A DNA stretch of 64,000 nt from NCBI GenBank assembly GCA_000004985.1, contig GG738897.1. One strand, written 5' to 3'. Within the stretch, counting starts at the first letter, position 1. The number at the start of each line of letters is the position of its first letter. A program made the translations under genes and the position numbers. A model generated the notes under the pieces. It did not search any database. It was not told the DNA's origin and saw nothing but the letters and a program-made list of their open reading frames with translations. Source of the stretch: Naegleria gruberi. Lineage: Eukaryota. Below are positions 1 through 10,718 of the stretch, in pieces.

Positions 1-2
1 GC

Positions 3-437
3 GTGGAAAAGGAGATTTACAAACTTGAGGTTCTTGAAGCATTATTAGAAACTATTCCCATCAATACTGTAATTTATTGTAATTCTGATAATGTTGCCAA
101 TGGTATTTCAAATTACCTTCAAGCACATAATTTAGCAGTTTCATGTCTAAGCAAAGACATGTCAGAATTAGAAATTGAACAAAAAACCAATGAATTCAGA
201 GAAGGAAATGTCCAACTCCACTTGATTCTTGCAAATCTAAAAGTTTCCCGATTGAAATTCAATCCTCGAGTAGTTATCAATTTCAATCTCCCTTGGCAGA
301 ATGATAAGTATACATATTGGACTCCTTGCTTTAGTCTAATAACGAATGAAGATAGAATCAAGTTGAAAGAAATTGAAAAGATTTATTCAATAGAAATACA
401 AGACAAAGAGCTACGAAAATACAGTATTTGGAATTGA
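3..437 (+). CDS. eIF4A-like DEAD-box helicase C-terminal domain (5' partial, runs off window start); catalytic motifs degenerate
   Basis: Translation aligns along its length with the eIF4A helicase-C domain (TVIYCNS.., ..MSELEIEQKTNEFREGN.., RVVINFNLP). Motif VI HRIGRxGR is replaced by YTYWTPCF, and the TDLLARGID region by LANLKVSRLK. The C-terminal tail (DRIKLKEIEKIYSIEI) resembles the eIF4A tail. Confidence 0.6.
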   Translation: MEKEIYKLEVLEALLETIPINTVIYCNSDNVANGISNYLQAHNLAVSCLSKDMSELEIEQKTNEFREGNVQLHLILANLKVSRLKFNPRVVINFNLPWQNDKYTYWTPCFSLITNEDRIKLKEIEKIYSIEIQDKELRKYSIWN

Positions 438-663
438 TTGATTTTATCAAAATTTTCACACGTTTACTGGAAAGCTACTGTAAAATATACGGAAATTGAA
501 TGGTGCATGACGGTCTAGACTAAGCTTACCAAAAATATGTCCATCTTTGGAAATGCTTTACAGAGTTTACAGTATGATGTACTGTTTCTTTCACAGCCAA
601 TTCAAAGCGTGTTGTGTGTGTTGATGACTCAAACAACAAAAAAACAAATCCATTCAACTCAGA

Positions 664-1318
664 ATGAAGTCCCTCATGTTTATTTTAGCTCTGGTCTTGT
701 TCTTGGCCTTGAGTGTGCATGGATCTATCTATCAATACAGATATTTCAGTGATGCCAAGTGTACAACTACCCCTTACTTGACTAGATATTGGAATTATGA
801 TTCATGTGAACCAGTAGCAAATAATTGTACTTTTGGAGGTGAATCACGAACTTGTCTTTCCAAATTGCCAGAAATTACCCCTAGTTCCAATACCATTTCG
901 ATTTATAGTTTTAATTTTGGTTCTTGCTATGGTTGGAATGATGTTTATACATTTGCTACAGATAAATGTATTCCTTACTCAATGGAATCAGGTAGTATAA
1001 TCAAATACCAATCCATGAAGACAGACGGATGCGATAAGATCACCTACTATTATGGAACTGATTGTACTAGGGAAGGAAAAACAACAACAATTTCTGGCAC
1101 GAACTTGTCTTTCCAAATTGCCAGAAATTACCACTTCATGTGTTGACCAAACATTCAAGTTTGTCTGTCAAGCAGATCCAAAACCAGCCAAGTCAGTACT
1201 TCCATCGAGTGCTTTTGCCTTACAAGCTCCAACAATTACTTTGGTTTTAATTTCAATGTTGGCAAAAATAATCAAGAACATTGTCAAGAATCTTAATAAA
1301 ACAAATAAAGTCTTTTAA
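664..1318 (+). CDS. secreted cysteine-rich protein with two tandem domains and a GPI-anchor-like hydrophobic C-terminus; the reading frame shifts between ~1050 and 1097 (ORFs 664..1146 and 1052..1318)
   Basis: The N-terminus is a signal peptide (MKSLMFILALVLFLALSVHG). A 35-bp perfect direct repeat (cacgaacttgtctttccaaattgccagaaattacc) lies at 845-879 and 1098-1132, 253 nt apart (253 mod 3 = 1). It encodes RTCLSKLPEIT in the frame of ORF1 (first copy) and in the frame of ORF2 (second copy). ORF2 ends with a hydrophobic tail (TITLVLISMLAKIIKN). Confidence 0.45.
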
Positions 1319-1325
1319 AAATAGA

Positions 1326-1398
1326 TGCTGACGGACGGGATCGAACCGGCGACCAATGGCTTATTAGACCAACGCTCTACCTACTTAACTACGCCAGC
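1326..1398 (-). tRNA. tRNA-Ile(AAU)-like
   Basis: Reverse complement: GCTGGCGTAGTTAAGTAGGTAGAGCGTTGGTCTAATAAGCCATTGGTCGCCGGTTCGATCCCGTCCGTCAGC(A). It has a 7-bp acceptor stem, GG in the D-loop, anticodon loop CTAATAA, and T-loop TTCGATC. It closely resembles eukaryotic tRNA-Ile-AAT, but has mismatches at 27-43 (T-T) and 50-64 (C-T). Confidence 0.6.
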
Positions 1399-1563
1399 AT
1401 TACATCTATTAATTTTACAAATACCATCTAAAATCTTTATCATCCTTAATTCCTTATTTCCCCATCTACATTTTTGAAAAAACCACATGAAAAGATGTCA
1501 CCTATTTTATTTCCACTTTAAAATCTAAGGAAGCCTAAAATTATTTGTTTCTCAAAACAAAAA

Positions 1564-3219
1564 ATGCCCACAAACAACCATCACAATTCCTATCACCCAT
1601 ATCAACAACAGAGAAACTCCGACTCTGATCATCAACATCATCGACAACACTCTCGGAATCATCACCATCATCATCATCATCACCATCATCAGCGAAATAA
1701 TAACTACAATCATAGAGGAAATTATGATGAATATCAAAATAATAATCCAACAATGAGAGAAAATTCAAATCATCATCATCAATATAATATTCCGTATTCA
1801 CATTCTTCTGCTACATCTCAGCAGGGTGGAAGATATTTCGAGCAATTAAATAATAATAATAATCGTCATCAACAACAATACAGAGGAGGAAATCAATCAT
1901 CATCAAATCAAGTTAGATTTTCAATACCATCCTCATCGTCATCAAGTAATTCCTCAAGAATTGAAAAGAATCGAGAACCTGAAAGTCATTCGGCTAAATG
2001 TGACATCTGTAGAGAATATAAACAAAGTGGAATGATGAAATGTATATCTTGTGATGATTGCTACAGACATGTTGATTGTGATGTCGCAAGAAATCCAAAA
2101 TCAAAGCCTAATTCAGAATCTAAATATATCAATTTCATGTGTGAAAATTGTTTTGAAGTTAAGGTCAAGATTGAGGGAGATGACTTTCGAATTTTTGCCC
2201 TCAACAAGGTTACTACAACACCAATTGAAAATGATTTGGATAAAATGGATGATAGTGAAACTTCTTCAGTAATGTGCCCACTTTGTAATCAATTAATTGC
2301 TGGACATTCTAGGGAAATATTTAATAATCATTTAAGGTTTAAATTCAAAGATGCTCTAATTGAAAAGTTTCTACTCACTGGTACTATTCCAATTCCAATT
2401 ACTTCGAGAAAAAGTGGAGTATCCATTGAACACTCATTTAAACCCAATGATTTTAACTCCCTATCAACCTGTTTCTTTGTGCTGGGATTCAAAAAGGATC
2501 AGTTAGAAGAGTACATGGTCAAGAATTGCCCTATTGAATATAATGACATTAGAAATTTCTTAGAAATTGACAGGAATTCATCTATTTGTATCATTTCATG
2601 TTGGACTGTACGAGGTGCCTTCATTTTAGCATGCAAGTTGAGATGTGCAGTGATTGAAACTGCTCATCCAATGATTTACTTTATCAAATCAACAAGATCA
2701 CTCAAAGTATTCCAAAAAATTTGCTCCATTCAAGAATTTACTGGACTTAACAAAGACATTCAATCCATTAAGAATATGGAAATTACAAGTCTTGTTTCAA
2801 GTGAGGGAAAGAATGAGACAATTGTCCACTTTAAAGATGATTTTGATTGTATTAAATGGATGTGGACTTGCCACAAATCTGCCACCACAAGACTTCCCAA
2901 GATTGAATTTCATGATGACCATTTAATTGACACAACGACTATATGTCATATTAAAAATTTACCAACCAAAGACATTACTTTGAGTGAGCTGTGGAAAGAT
3001 ATCAAGAGGAGCTTCAAGCAGAGACTGACTTTCCTCTCCAATCGAGAACAATCAAAGATCAAGTATTATGTCTCTGATTGGTTCTATGATGTTGGTAATC
3101 ATATTATTAGAGTTGAATTTCATCATTCCAAGTTTTGTGAATTATTTAAATTATTGCTTGATGGTTTGGAATTACTTGATGTAAAATTATCAATCACAAT
3201 TCCAAGTTCTACTAGTTAA
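1564..3219 (+). CDS. His/Asn-rich protein with a PHD-type (C4HC3) zinc finger
   Basis: 551-aa ORF with an ATG start. The N-terminal region contains a His run and Asn-rich stretches. A C4HC3 pattern is present: CDIC-x10-CISC-x4-H-x2-C...C-x2-C, followed by a second CxxC...H motif. Confidence 0.6.
   Translation: MPTNNHHNSYHPYQQQRNSDSDHQHHRQHSRNHHHHHHHHHHQRNNNYNHRGNYDEYQNNNPTMRENSNHHHQYNIPYSHSSATSQQGGRYFEQLNNNNNRHQQQYRGGNQSSSNQVRFSIPSSSSSSNSSRIEKNREPESHSAKCDICREYKQSGMMKCISCDDCYRHVDCDVARNPKSKPNSESKYINFMCENCFEVKVKIEGDDFRIFALNKVTTTPIENDLDKMDDSETSSVMCPLCNQLIAGHSREIFNNHLRFKFKDALIEKFLLTGTIPIPITSRKSGVSIEHSFKPNDFNSLSTCFFVLGFKKDQLEEYMVKNCPIEYNDIRNFLEIDRNSSICIISCWTVRGAFILACKLRCAVIETAHPMIYFIKSTRSLKVFQKICSIQEFTGLNKDIQSIKNMEITSLVSSEGKNETIVHFKDDFDCIKWMWTCHKSATTRLPKIEFHDDHLIDTTTICHIKNLPTKDITLSELWKDIKRSFKQRLTFLSNREQSKIKYYVSDWFYDVGNHIIRVEFHHSKFCELFKLLLDGLELLDVKLSITIPSSTS
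1660..1692 (+). repeat. (CAY)n codon repeat encoding a poly-His tract inside the 1564..3219 CDS
   Basis: catcaccatcatcatcatcatcaccatcatcag. Confidence 0.8.
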
Positions 3220-3351
3220 TAAATTATTTTCACCTCCTTATTGATAAGAAATTGAGAAATAACATTGTTTTAATTGTTTTTTTAAATTAATTTTATTTAC
3301 AAAATTTCAAGTAAAGTGGACTTAATCACTTCACTGTCTCTCGATCTAAAT

Positions 3352-4749
<1,398 letters not shown>

Positions 4750-4863
4750 TTATTCGGGTTTTGGTGATTTTATTTATTTAATTTTGTAGTTTTGTATTTT
4801 GGCGGCAAAACGAATATACAACTCGATTACAACTACTGTTAAATTTTAAAAAGGAGGGAATAT

Positions 4864-4872
4864 TTTGGCGCC
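4864..4872. promoter_or_regulatory. E2F-like site TTTGGCGCC ~155 bp upstream of the beta-tubulin ATG (a second TTTGGCGGC lies at ~4798)
   Basis: A GC-rich palindromic motif within an AT-rich intergenic region. It matches the E2F consensus TTTSGCGCS. Confidence 0.25.
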
Positions 4873-5053
4873 AGTGTATTTTGAATCGAAAATTGTTGAA
4901 GGATGATGAGACTGAAATAAATACAAGAATTGGTGCGAATAATTACAAAGAAAGATTATAAATCATTGAAAGAAGAATGCCTTAATATAACGAGCAACCT
5001 AGTCCATTTTGAAGATCATTTCTCAGATTGGATATTTTAAAGAGAAAATCATT

Positions 5054-7105
5054 TTATTCAAAAGCTTCTCCTATTGAAGAAACTCTTCTTGCTCTCTCTG
5101 TGAAATCGTTCAATGTATCAATTTGACGATTGGTTTGTTCGGAAGTTAATTGTATATTGGTGAGTCTTCTTCTTGATGTAATTGTCTTTGTTAGACCATT
5201 GTAGAATGCCTGACCACGAGAGGACAGAACCTTGTTACGTAAAGCTCGTGGCACCTTTCCTCCAAAATCATTGTAAAATATGGAGGTGTATTTAACAAAG
5301 TTGGCATCAATTTCTTCTAACAAAATTCCTCCTAAAATTTGCCCCTTTACATTGCCCTTCTCAAGTGGAGCATCCTTATTGTCAATGCTCTTCTTGATAA
5401 TGACATAATCTCTACTCTCTGTGCCATCCTCATTAATTTCTCTTCTCACAGTTGTTCCTATACAGTATTCTCTCTTTGAGAGAGGCCACATTAGTTTGTG
5501 TACCTCTTTCTGATAGCTCACTGAGTATTCGTCATTCTTGATATATTCAATAAATTTACAATCTTTCAAATTTGGATCAATGATTTGTGAGTATCTGGTG
5601 TCTAAAAGTGCATCCAACAATTCATCAGTTGTTCCATTCACAATACCAACCTCCTTAATGAGCTTCTTACCATTTGGTTTGTTCTTTTTCTTTTTAGATG
5701 ATGACGTTTGAACTTTTTGAGCGTTGATTTGAGTAGCATTGAACTTGTACTGAGATGAGCTCAAATTTGATACCTTCTTGGATCCCAATTCAGAGTTGAA
5801 AAAGTTAGGATGACTCTCTGCCATTCTCAAATTCTCAAATGATTCATCTGGTTGCTCTATTTGAGAGCCTGTACTAAATCTCTGCTCACTTTCAAATGAT
5901 GAATACTCTTCATTTTGAGAGAGCACTTTCCAAGCATCACTTTTTAACCATAACAATTCATGGAATACATCGAAAAATCTCTCATCAATATTCTTATTAT
6001 CCCTCTCTCTGAGTAATTCTTCGAATCTGTCCTTGATTAGAACTGGTTCATTATCGGTAGAGTGAGAGATGATATCAGAAATGACCTCAGCATGGTTGGT
6101 AGGACACGAATGGCTATGAGTGAATTGAGGAGCAGAGAGTGAGAAGGAAGAGGTCATGCTTAGTGATTGAATTCTAGAACGTCTATTATTTCTAGTACCG
6201 ACGGAGGAAAATAGTGAGACGAGGCACTTTTTCACCGATTCTACATTGGTGGAGCCGACAATATTTGGCAACTCCTTCTTGACATGATTCACTGAATAGG
6301 AAATAAATTGATTACTGGTAATAAATCTTGAAAAGCTATCAGTCTTGAGTGAAATGGTCACCTCAGTCATAGCCTGATCAAACAAGTTAGTTGGGGTATT
6401 GGAAGGAGTGCATTCATCCTCAAATTGATTCACAATTTGGTCTTTGAGAGCGTTAGGTAAATTGAGTTGTTTATCACTAGTGAGTGAGTCATCGACAAAG
6501 GTTTCTACAATATATTTGGCTTGTTGATATCTTTCATTTGAATTGGAAATTTCTCTATAGGTTGGAATGAGTTGAAGAAATTCCAGTGGTGCGCTATTCC
6601 TCTCATACTGAAGAAATTCCCTAAATGCTTCCAAAAAGTCTCCTCCAACATTCATAAATGCATCAAAAACTATTGTAAAATGTTTCATATTTTCCAAAAC
6701 GAGAGATTTAAGAGCAGTCTCATCGATTGAGGCTTGTTTTGTTCCAATAAGTCTGGCTCCTAAATTAATAGGACTATTTGGACCACTTCCATTAGGAAAG
6801 AAGGATCCAGGAGAGTTTGGCATTGATCGTGAGGATGGTATATTACTATTTCCAACAGACAATAAGTTATTACTATTGTTAGAAGAATGATCTGGCACAA
6901 TTCCTAAAGCACTCCACGGAGACATTGGTGATGTTGAAAGCAAACTAGAAGTTGGTGAGCAGGGAGAAACCATACTATTTCCTGAAGGATTATGAGTTGA
7001 CCTCTTGAGAGAAGATGAGGTTGACGAAGTTGGAGAAGTTGCTCTATTATTCATGTTATTATTGCTGTTAGACGAAGATGACGATTTCTGATTTACAAGT
7101 AACAT
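5054..7105 (-). CDS. RGS domain + START (StAR-related lipid transfer) domain protein
   Basis: The ORF track starts at TTG (7111); the first ATG is at 7105. The RGS-like segment is (..LEFLQLIPTYREI..AKYIVETFV..FDQAMTEVTISLKTDSFSRFITS). The C-terminal START-like segment is (KEVGIVNGTTDELLDALLDTRYSQIIDP...WPLSKREYCIGTTVRRE...GGKVPRALRNKVL). The N-terminus is Ser/Asn-rich. Confidence 0.75.
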   Translation of the reverse strand: MLLVNQKSSSSSNSNNNMNNRATSPTSSTSSSLKRSTHNPSGNSMVSPCSPTSSLLSTSPMSPWSALGIVPDHSSNNSNNLLSVGNSNIPSSRSMPNSPGSFFPNGSGPNSPINLGARLIGTKQASIDETALKSLVLENMKHFTIVFDAFMNVGGDFLEAFREFLQYERNSAPLEFLQLIPTYREISNSNERYQQAKYIVETFVDDSLTSDKQLNLPNALKDQIVNQFEDECTPSNTPTNLFDQAMTEVTISLKTDSFSRFITSNQFISYSVNHVKKELPNIVGSTNVESVKKCLVSLFSSVGTRNNRRSRIQSLSMTSSFSLSAPQFTHSHSCPTNHAEVISDIISHSTDNEPVLIKDRFEELLRERDNKNIDERFFDVFHELLWLKSDAWKVLSQNEEYSSFESEQRFSTGSQIEQPDESFENLRMAESHPNFFNSELGSKKVSNLSSSQYKFNATQINAQKVQTSSSKKKKNKPNGKKLIKEVGIVNGTTDELLDALLDTRYSQIIDPNLKDCKFIEYIKNDEYSVSYQKEVHKLMWPLSKREYCIGTTVRREINEDGTESRDYVIIKKSIDNKDAPLEKGNVKGQILGGILLEEIDANFVKYTSIFYNDFGGKVPRALRNKVLSSRGQAFYNGLTKTITSRRRLTNIQLTSEQTNRQIDTLNDFTERARRVSSIGEAFE

Positions 7106-7228
7106 TTTCAAAGTTGTAGTCTATATTGATTAATAGCAAGTGTTCTATGAAATGTTCTGATTCGTGGGTCTGTTCAGGGACACTCTCTCGATATCTATTG
7201 AAAGGTTTTTTTTACAGTAAACAATTCC

Positions 7229-7237
7229 TTTGGCGCC
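7229..7237. promoter_or_regulatory. E2F-like site TTTGGCGCC ~120 bp upstream of the 5054..7105 gene
   Basis: Same motif as at 4864. Confidence 0.2.
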
Positions 7238-7942
7238 TTTCAATTGTAGCTAATCACCTCACGTTGTTGTTTGGAAGTGATTGTGTGATGCCGAGAAAGA
7301 AAAAACAAGCCTTGACAAAAAGAGCTTTGTAAATATTTACGGGAAAATTGTTGTATGTTGATGTCAATTAATAAATCAACTAATACGTGTGGTGTGTTGT
7401 TGAAAAAATATTGCTTCTTATTGTATGTGGTGCTGATGAAATATTTGGAACAACTAGCAACACGGGCAATTTCGAATAATAGATCTGAAAGAAAGAAGAA
7501 GGTGTTGTTGAAATGATGAGGTTTTTTTGCAAAGTGCATGCAAAGATTTGTTGCTGCTTGTTGAAAAAAGGATCGTATTAAACCTTTTCAGTTTTCATCA
7601 ATGTTCAAAATAAGATTGGAAAGCAAAAACCGAAATAGTGGGAAACTTTCTCTTTTCGGCTAGTAAAGAACAAATTGAAATGCAAGTCATGGTTAATTGA
7701 GTAGCCAATAATTTACTTGTAATCAAGAAATACAACAACTTTGAAAGAGATTCGAAACAGATGTGATCGTATTGCCTCTTGGAAAGGACTGTTCGTTGAG
7801 GTTACAAGAATGGTTTTACTGGGTCTGTAAGTAGAATAAGTTTATTGTCGTATTTGAGAGAGACAGAAAAAATGATGTTGGTTGACTAATGATATTCCTT
7901 ATTAGCTCAATAAGAGATTCTCATTTCCAGATTGAATCATTT

Positions 7943-9553
7943 TCAATTGGTCATTTCATTAATTTTACCAGTGAATAAAATAGTATTGGTTGGCAAGTGT
8001 TGCAAAATAAATACAAATGGTCGATCAGCAATGAATTGATAGGAAGGAGTAAATTTTTTCATGGCTCTTCCACCACCTCTACCGCCCATTGCAGTAGCTG
8101 CAGCTGCAACTGTTCCAGATTCATCAACTTGAATGAAGGCCTTATGAATAACATTGCTAATGTGTACTTGATCGTTAGAATTGGCCAACATGCTTGAAAA
8201 ATCAGCTTGTGAAGAGAAAATATTCTTGATATTGAATGGATCTTCTCTAAATGATTGCACTAAATTTGGGAGTGTGGCTTGAAATTTGAATTTTGGAATT
8301 TCAATTCTGTCAACCTTTACAAAGGTATTTGGTTGGAGTTGAGTAACATCTTGGAGTTTTTCAATGATCCATTGATTGAAATCATTCTCAGTTTCTTCGT
8401 TGAGTGTGACATTTTCATTTGGTTTAATAAATGTCATGCAGTAATCTTCATCAGAGTAAGGCAATTGCAACAATTGATATTCATCCAAATTGGCATAACA
8501 AAATTTCTTATCAGAAGACATGTGCATCATATCACACTTGTCTCCACCACTTGGATTGGAAATAGTTCTGAAACTCTTCTTGAAGGTGGACCTATTTTTG
8601 AATTGATATTTCCACTTGCCATTGAAATAAATGGCATTCACAAGAACCATAATGGTTTGCCTATTTATATCTGTATCTGAAAGTAAATCTCTAATGTACT
8701 TTCTAGTTTTGTCTTCAACCCACTTGTTGATTAATCTGACTTGAGCAGAGGGCTTATTCATAAAGTCAACTCTCTCTGCTTGGGAATCGAACTTGCTTTC
8801 CAATTCTTGTAAGAATGGCTCTTTAATTTGAACAGTCTCTTGAAGATAAATTCTATTGGCAATGGAGAGTGTATCATTGGTTTGAATCAAGATCTTTATC
8901 ATGTTGGTATACTTTTCAAGTTCAGTTTTCTTCCAATTTTCAAACTTTTCCTTCAAAGTATTGAAATTTCCAACGCTATCATAACTCTTGCTCAAGAATA
9001 ATCCATCAATAATCTCAGTAAGAGATTCATTATTTGTACCCACCATACAATTCAAAAAGCAAATAAAAATTGAGAAGGGAGACATGACAACATTCTCCTT
9101 CAACCCAACTTTTATGCTAAACAAGGCAGATGAAAATTCATTCTCTGCCAATGACATGTTTGTTTGAGAAGTTGACACTCTTCTCTTTCCCCATGACGGT
9201 CTTGTTTGTTTTTGATCATCATTCTCATCAATCATGGCATTATCATCAATTTTACGATTTTTGCCATCATTGAATGAGAGACGATCAGTGTATTGATGAG
9301 TGGCCACTCTTCCACCTCTTGGAGATCCTCCTCTTCTATTGTGATTTCCACCACGATGGCTGGTTGTTGTGGATCGTTCAGAAGGAGGAGTAGATTGACC
9401 AATACCAATAGAAATGGAAGTTGTTGCTTCGGTGGTTGTCTTTTCTAATTGGCCGGTGAGTGGATTATTAGTAAATTTGGTGTGCTTTGGCATTGTGTGT
9501 TGTGTTTGAATAAATAATATTTTTTTTTGATTGTTTTTACAATCATTGATCAA
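7943..9553 (-). CDS. serpin (serine protease inhibitor)
   Basis: Serpin signatures: NAIYFNGKWK, the reactive-centre hinge VDESGTVAAAATA, and FIADRPFVFIL. The ORF-track start is TTG; the true start is probably the internal ATG (MPKHTKF..., ~9490). Confidence 0.85.
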   Translation of the reverse strand: MINDCKNNQKKILFIQTQHTMPKHTKFTNNPLTGQLEKTTTEATTSISIGIGQSTPPSERSTTTSHRGGNHNRRGGSPRGGRVATHQYTDRLSFNDGKNRKIDDNAMIDENDDQKQTRPSWGKRRVSTSQTNMSLAENEFSSALFSIKVGLKENVVMSPFSIFICFLNCMVGTNNESLTEIIDGLFLSKSYDSVGNFNTLKEKFENWKKTELEKYTNMIKILIQTNDTLSIANRIYLQETVQIKEPFLQELESKFDSQAERVDFMNKPSAQVRLINKWVEDKTRKYIRDLLSDTDINRQTIMVLVNAIYFNGKWKYQFKNRSTFKKSFRTISNPSGGDKCDMMHMSSDKKFCYANLDEYQLLQLPYSDEDYCMTFIKPNENVTLNEETENDFNQWIIEKLQDVTQLQPNTFVKVDRIEIPKFKFQATLPNLVQSFREDPFNIKNIFSSQADFSSMLANSNDQVHISNVIHKAFIQVDESGTVAAAATAMGGRGGGRAMKKFTPSYQFIADRPFVFILQHLPTNTILFTGKINEMTN

Positions 9554-9649
9554 GCTATTAATAATTGTTGTTGGAACATGTAGTGAAAATTATTGAACAT
9601 CCTTAAACGGTGTTACACAATAGGTGATTTGATTGTTAAAATAGCATGC

Positions 9650-9943
9650 TTAACAAGCTCCATGATATGAAGTTCCCTCTACTGATTTTGTTGTTGGTTT
9701 AAAAATCGTCTCACCCAAACCAATCTTGTTCGATTTCTTTTCAACCTTCTCGGCATTTGGTTTTCTTTCCTCTCCAACAACAATAGCAGGAAGCTTTTCT
9801 TTGGCTACTGTCTTGGTTCTCTTCTCCACTGTTTTGCTATCTACTTCCACAACCTCGGATGTTGTTTTTTTGGTTGTTTTCGAGACTCTTTGCGATTGGT
9901 TTTTTACCATTTTTTTTTGATCTTGAATGAAAGAGTTATCCAA
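9650..9943 (-). CDS. small lysine-rich hypothetical protein (uncertain)
   Basis: 97-aa ORF that is K/E/T-rich. No recognisable domain. Confidence 0.2.
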   Translation of the reverse strand: MDNSFIQDQKKMVKNQSQRVSKTTKKTTSEVVEVDSKTVEKRTKTVAKEKLPAIVVGEERKPNAEKVEKKSNKIGLGETIFKPTTKSVEGTSYHGAC

Positions 9944-10718
9944 TTTAAAGAAGAAATTGTAAACAAGTTAAGAATTGTTCCGTTACCTCCAACAAACTGA
10001 TGATGAAATTGCTTGATGATGTAATGGAACTTACATTTCACTAATCATTCAATGATTTTCAATATAATATTGTTGTTAGAAAACACCATTTCTCAAAGAA
10101 CCAATCGTATGCTAACTCTCACAACAGAATCCATCCAATACTAGTGACAGCAACAAATCGGTACTTCGAGCGTGATGAATCATCAACACCACATATTGAA
10201 ATGGTAGTTGTCAACCTCGTTTAGTTTTTGACAATGTGGATTAATTGGAAAAACAATAACAAAAATCGTAACTGTTCTTTTACTGTTTGGTTATTTTTGC
10301 ATCTGTGAGTCTTTTTCGACAAGTAAAAAAACGCAACACAACTCTTCTCTTGTGAACAAAGTTTTCGTTTCTTCTTCTTTCTAACACTTTCTGTTAGAAA
10401 CAAAACGATTCCTTTGCTTCTTCATCATTGAACAACTTTACACAAAGGGAAGATAATAATAGGGAAACCTTTTGCCATATTTCATCAACCTCTCAAAAAT
10501 TCTGAGCCTTTCACAAGTTGTTTCTCATACTGTTAGAAACCCCAAAAAAAAACACAACCAAACACTTCAACAACAAGTGCAGTAACAAGACACAGCACTA
10601 TATCGACAGTCATTAAGTTTCACATAGGTATTAAATAACAACAACAACAAGAAGGTCAACAACAGTTGTGAAAAACAATTTACGAAACATTATACGAAAC
10701 TAGACTGAAGAAACGGAA

